From the NCBI RefSeq assembly GCF_009914755.1, contig NC_060931.1: 64,000 nt of DNA. One strand, 5' to 3'. The position numbers were made by a program, and so were the translations under genes. The DNA comes from the human T2T-CHM13v2.0 reference genome, Homo sapiens. This document shows, piece by piece, positions 63,260 through 64,000 of the stretch (position 1 is its first letter; each line of letters starts with the position of its first letter). Below the pieces are notes generated by a model. The model was given only the letters and a program-made list of their open reading frames with translations. It was not told the DNA's origin and did no database searches.

Positions 63260-63403
63260 ATAAAACAGGCCCTCAGCAAGCACTGAATTTACTGGCTCCT
63301 TTACCTTGGATTCTCCACCCTGCAGAACCGTAAGAAATAAATTTCTGCTGTTTATAAGACACCGAGTTTATGGTATTTTTTATAGTAGTTTGACTGGACT
63401 AAC
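63260..63403 (+). mobile_element. MLT1A-type LTR 3' end
   Basis: agaaccgtaagaaataaatttctgctgtttataag...ggactaaca. Confidence 0.75.
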
Positions 63404-64000
63404 AGAGTATCAATGTCAATTTCCAGTATGTGATTCTATACTATAATATGCAAGATGTTACCTTTGGGGAAAACTAGGTGATATACATAAGGAATCTCTA
63501 TTATTTCTCACAACTGCATGTGAATTTATAATTATCTCAAAATAGGTTTTTTGTTTGTTTTAATTCACTCTAGGTGCAGTGTAAGGATAGATAGATGGTA
63601 ATGAGGGTGGAATATATAAGACCTATTGGGTCATTGGCTATGTCTGGGTGTTTGCTGGGGGGCAAGTAGTAAAGAACAGGATGACCACCAGGTTTCTTTG
63701 TGGGACTTCACTGATCAAAAGAGAAAAGAGGGAGTAGATGATTGGAAGAGAGAGATGATGCATTCAAGGTTGATCCTGCTGAGTTTGTTTTCCTTGTAAT
63801 CAACCAAACAGAGTATATAAAATGAGAAGAGTAAAGAATAAGAATCCCTAAGCAAGGGAGATATATACCGTGCTCTTCGAGAATTTGTATGCCTACTTTT
63901 CACATAGCATTTCAATGCATGAATGAAGACTAAAATATCACTATCATCTGAATATCAGAACAAGGGGATTTTTGAATTCGGAGGGAAGAGTAAATACAGA

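Overview
This is AT-rich, repeat-dense primate DNA, almost certainly human because it contains an undecayed AluYa5-lineage element at 26020-26324. I recognise no host protein-coding exon, RNA gene or CpG island, so it is probably intergenic or deep intronic. Nearly all long ORFs in the track come from L1, Alu, MaLR or ERVL elements. Main elements: (1) a composite L1 at 2.5-9.05 kb, in which an L1PA8A-type element carrying an AluY sits between pieces of an older L1PA16-like element; (2) an MLT2A solo LTR; (3) a 3'-truncated LTR16A/HERV16 provirus at 24.4-29.8 kb; (4) a full-length but disabled L1PA3/PA4 on the minus strand (30204-36392) with a 15-bp TSD, antisense ORF0 and the ZNF93-target segment; (5) a complete MSTA MaLR provirus with a GAGAT TSD; (6) many Alu, MIR, L2, MLT1 and MER relics. 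I found no convincing novel biological system. The least explained signals are a 41-bp near-perfect dispersed duplication (56620/59116) overlapping the end of a TM-like minus-strand frame, an apparent L1-insertion-mediated deletion that creates a chimeric ORF1 frame, and small template-switch scars. Subfamily calls come from recalled consensus features, not a database search, and boundaries of old repeats are approximate.
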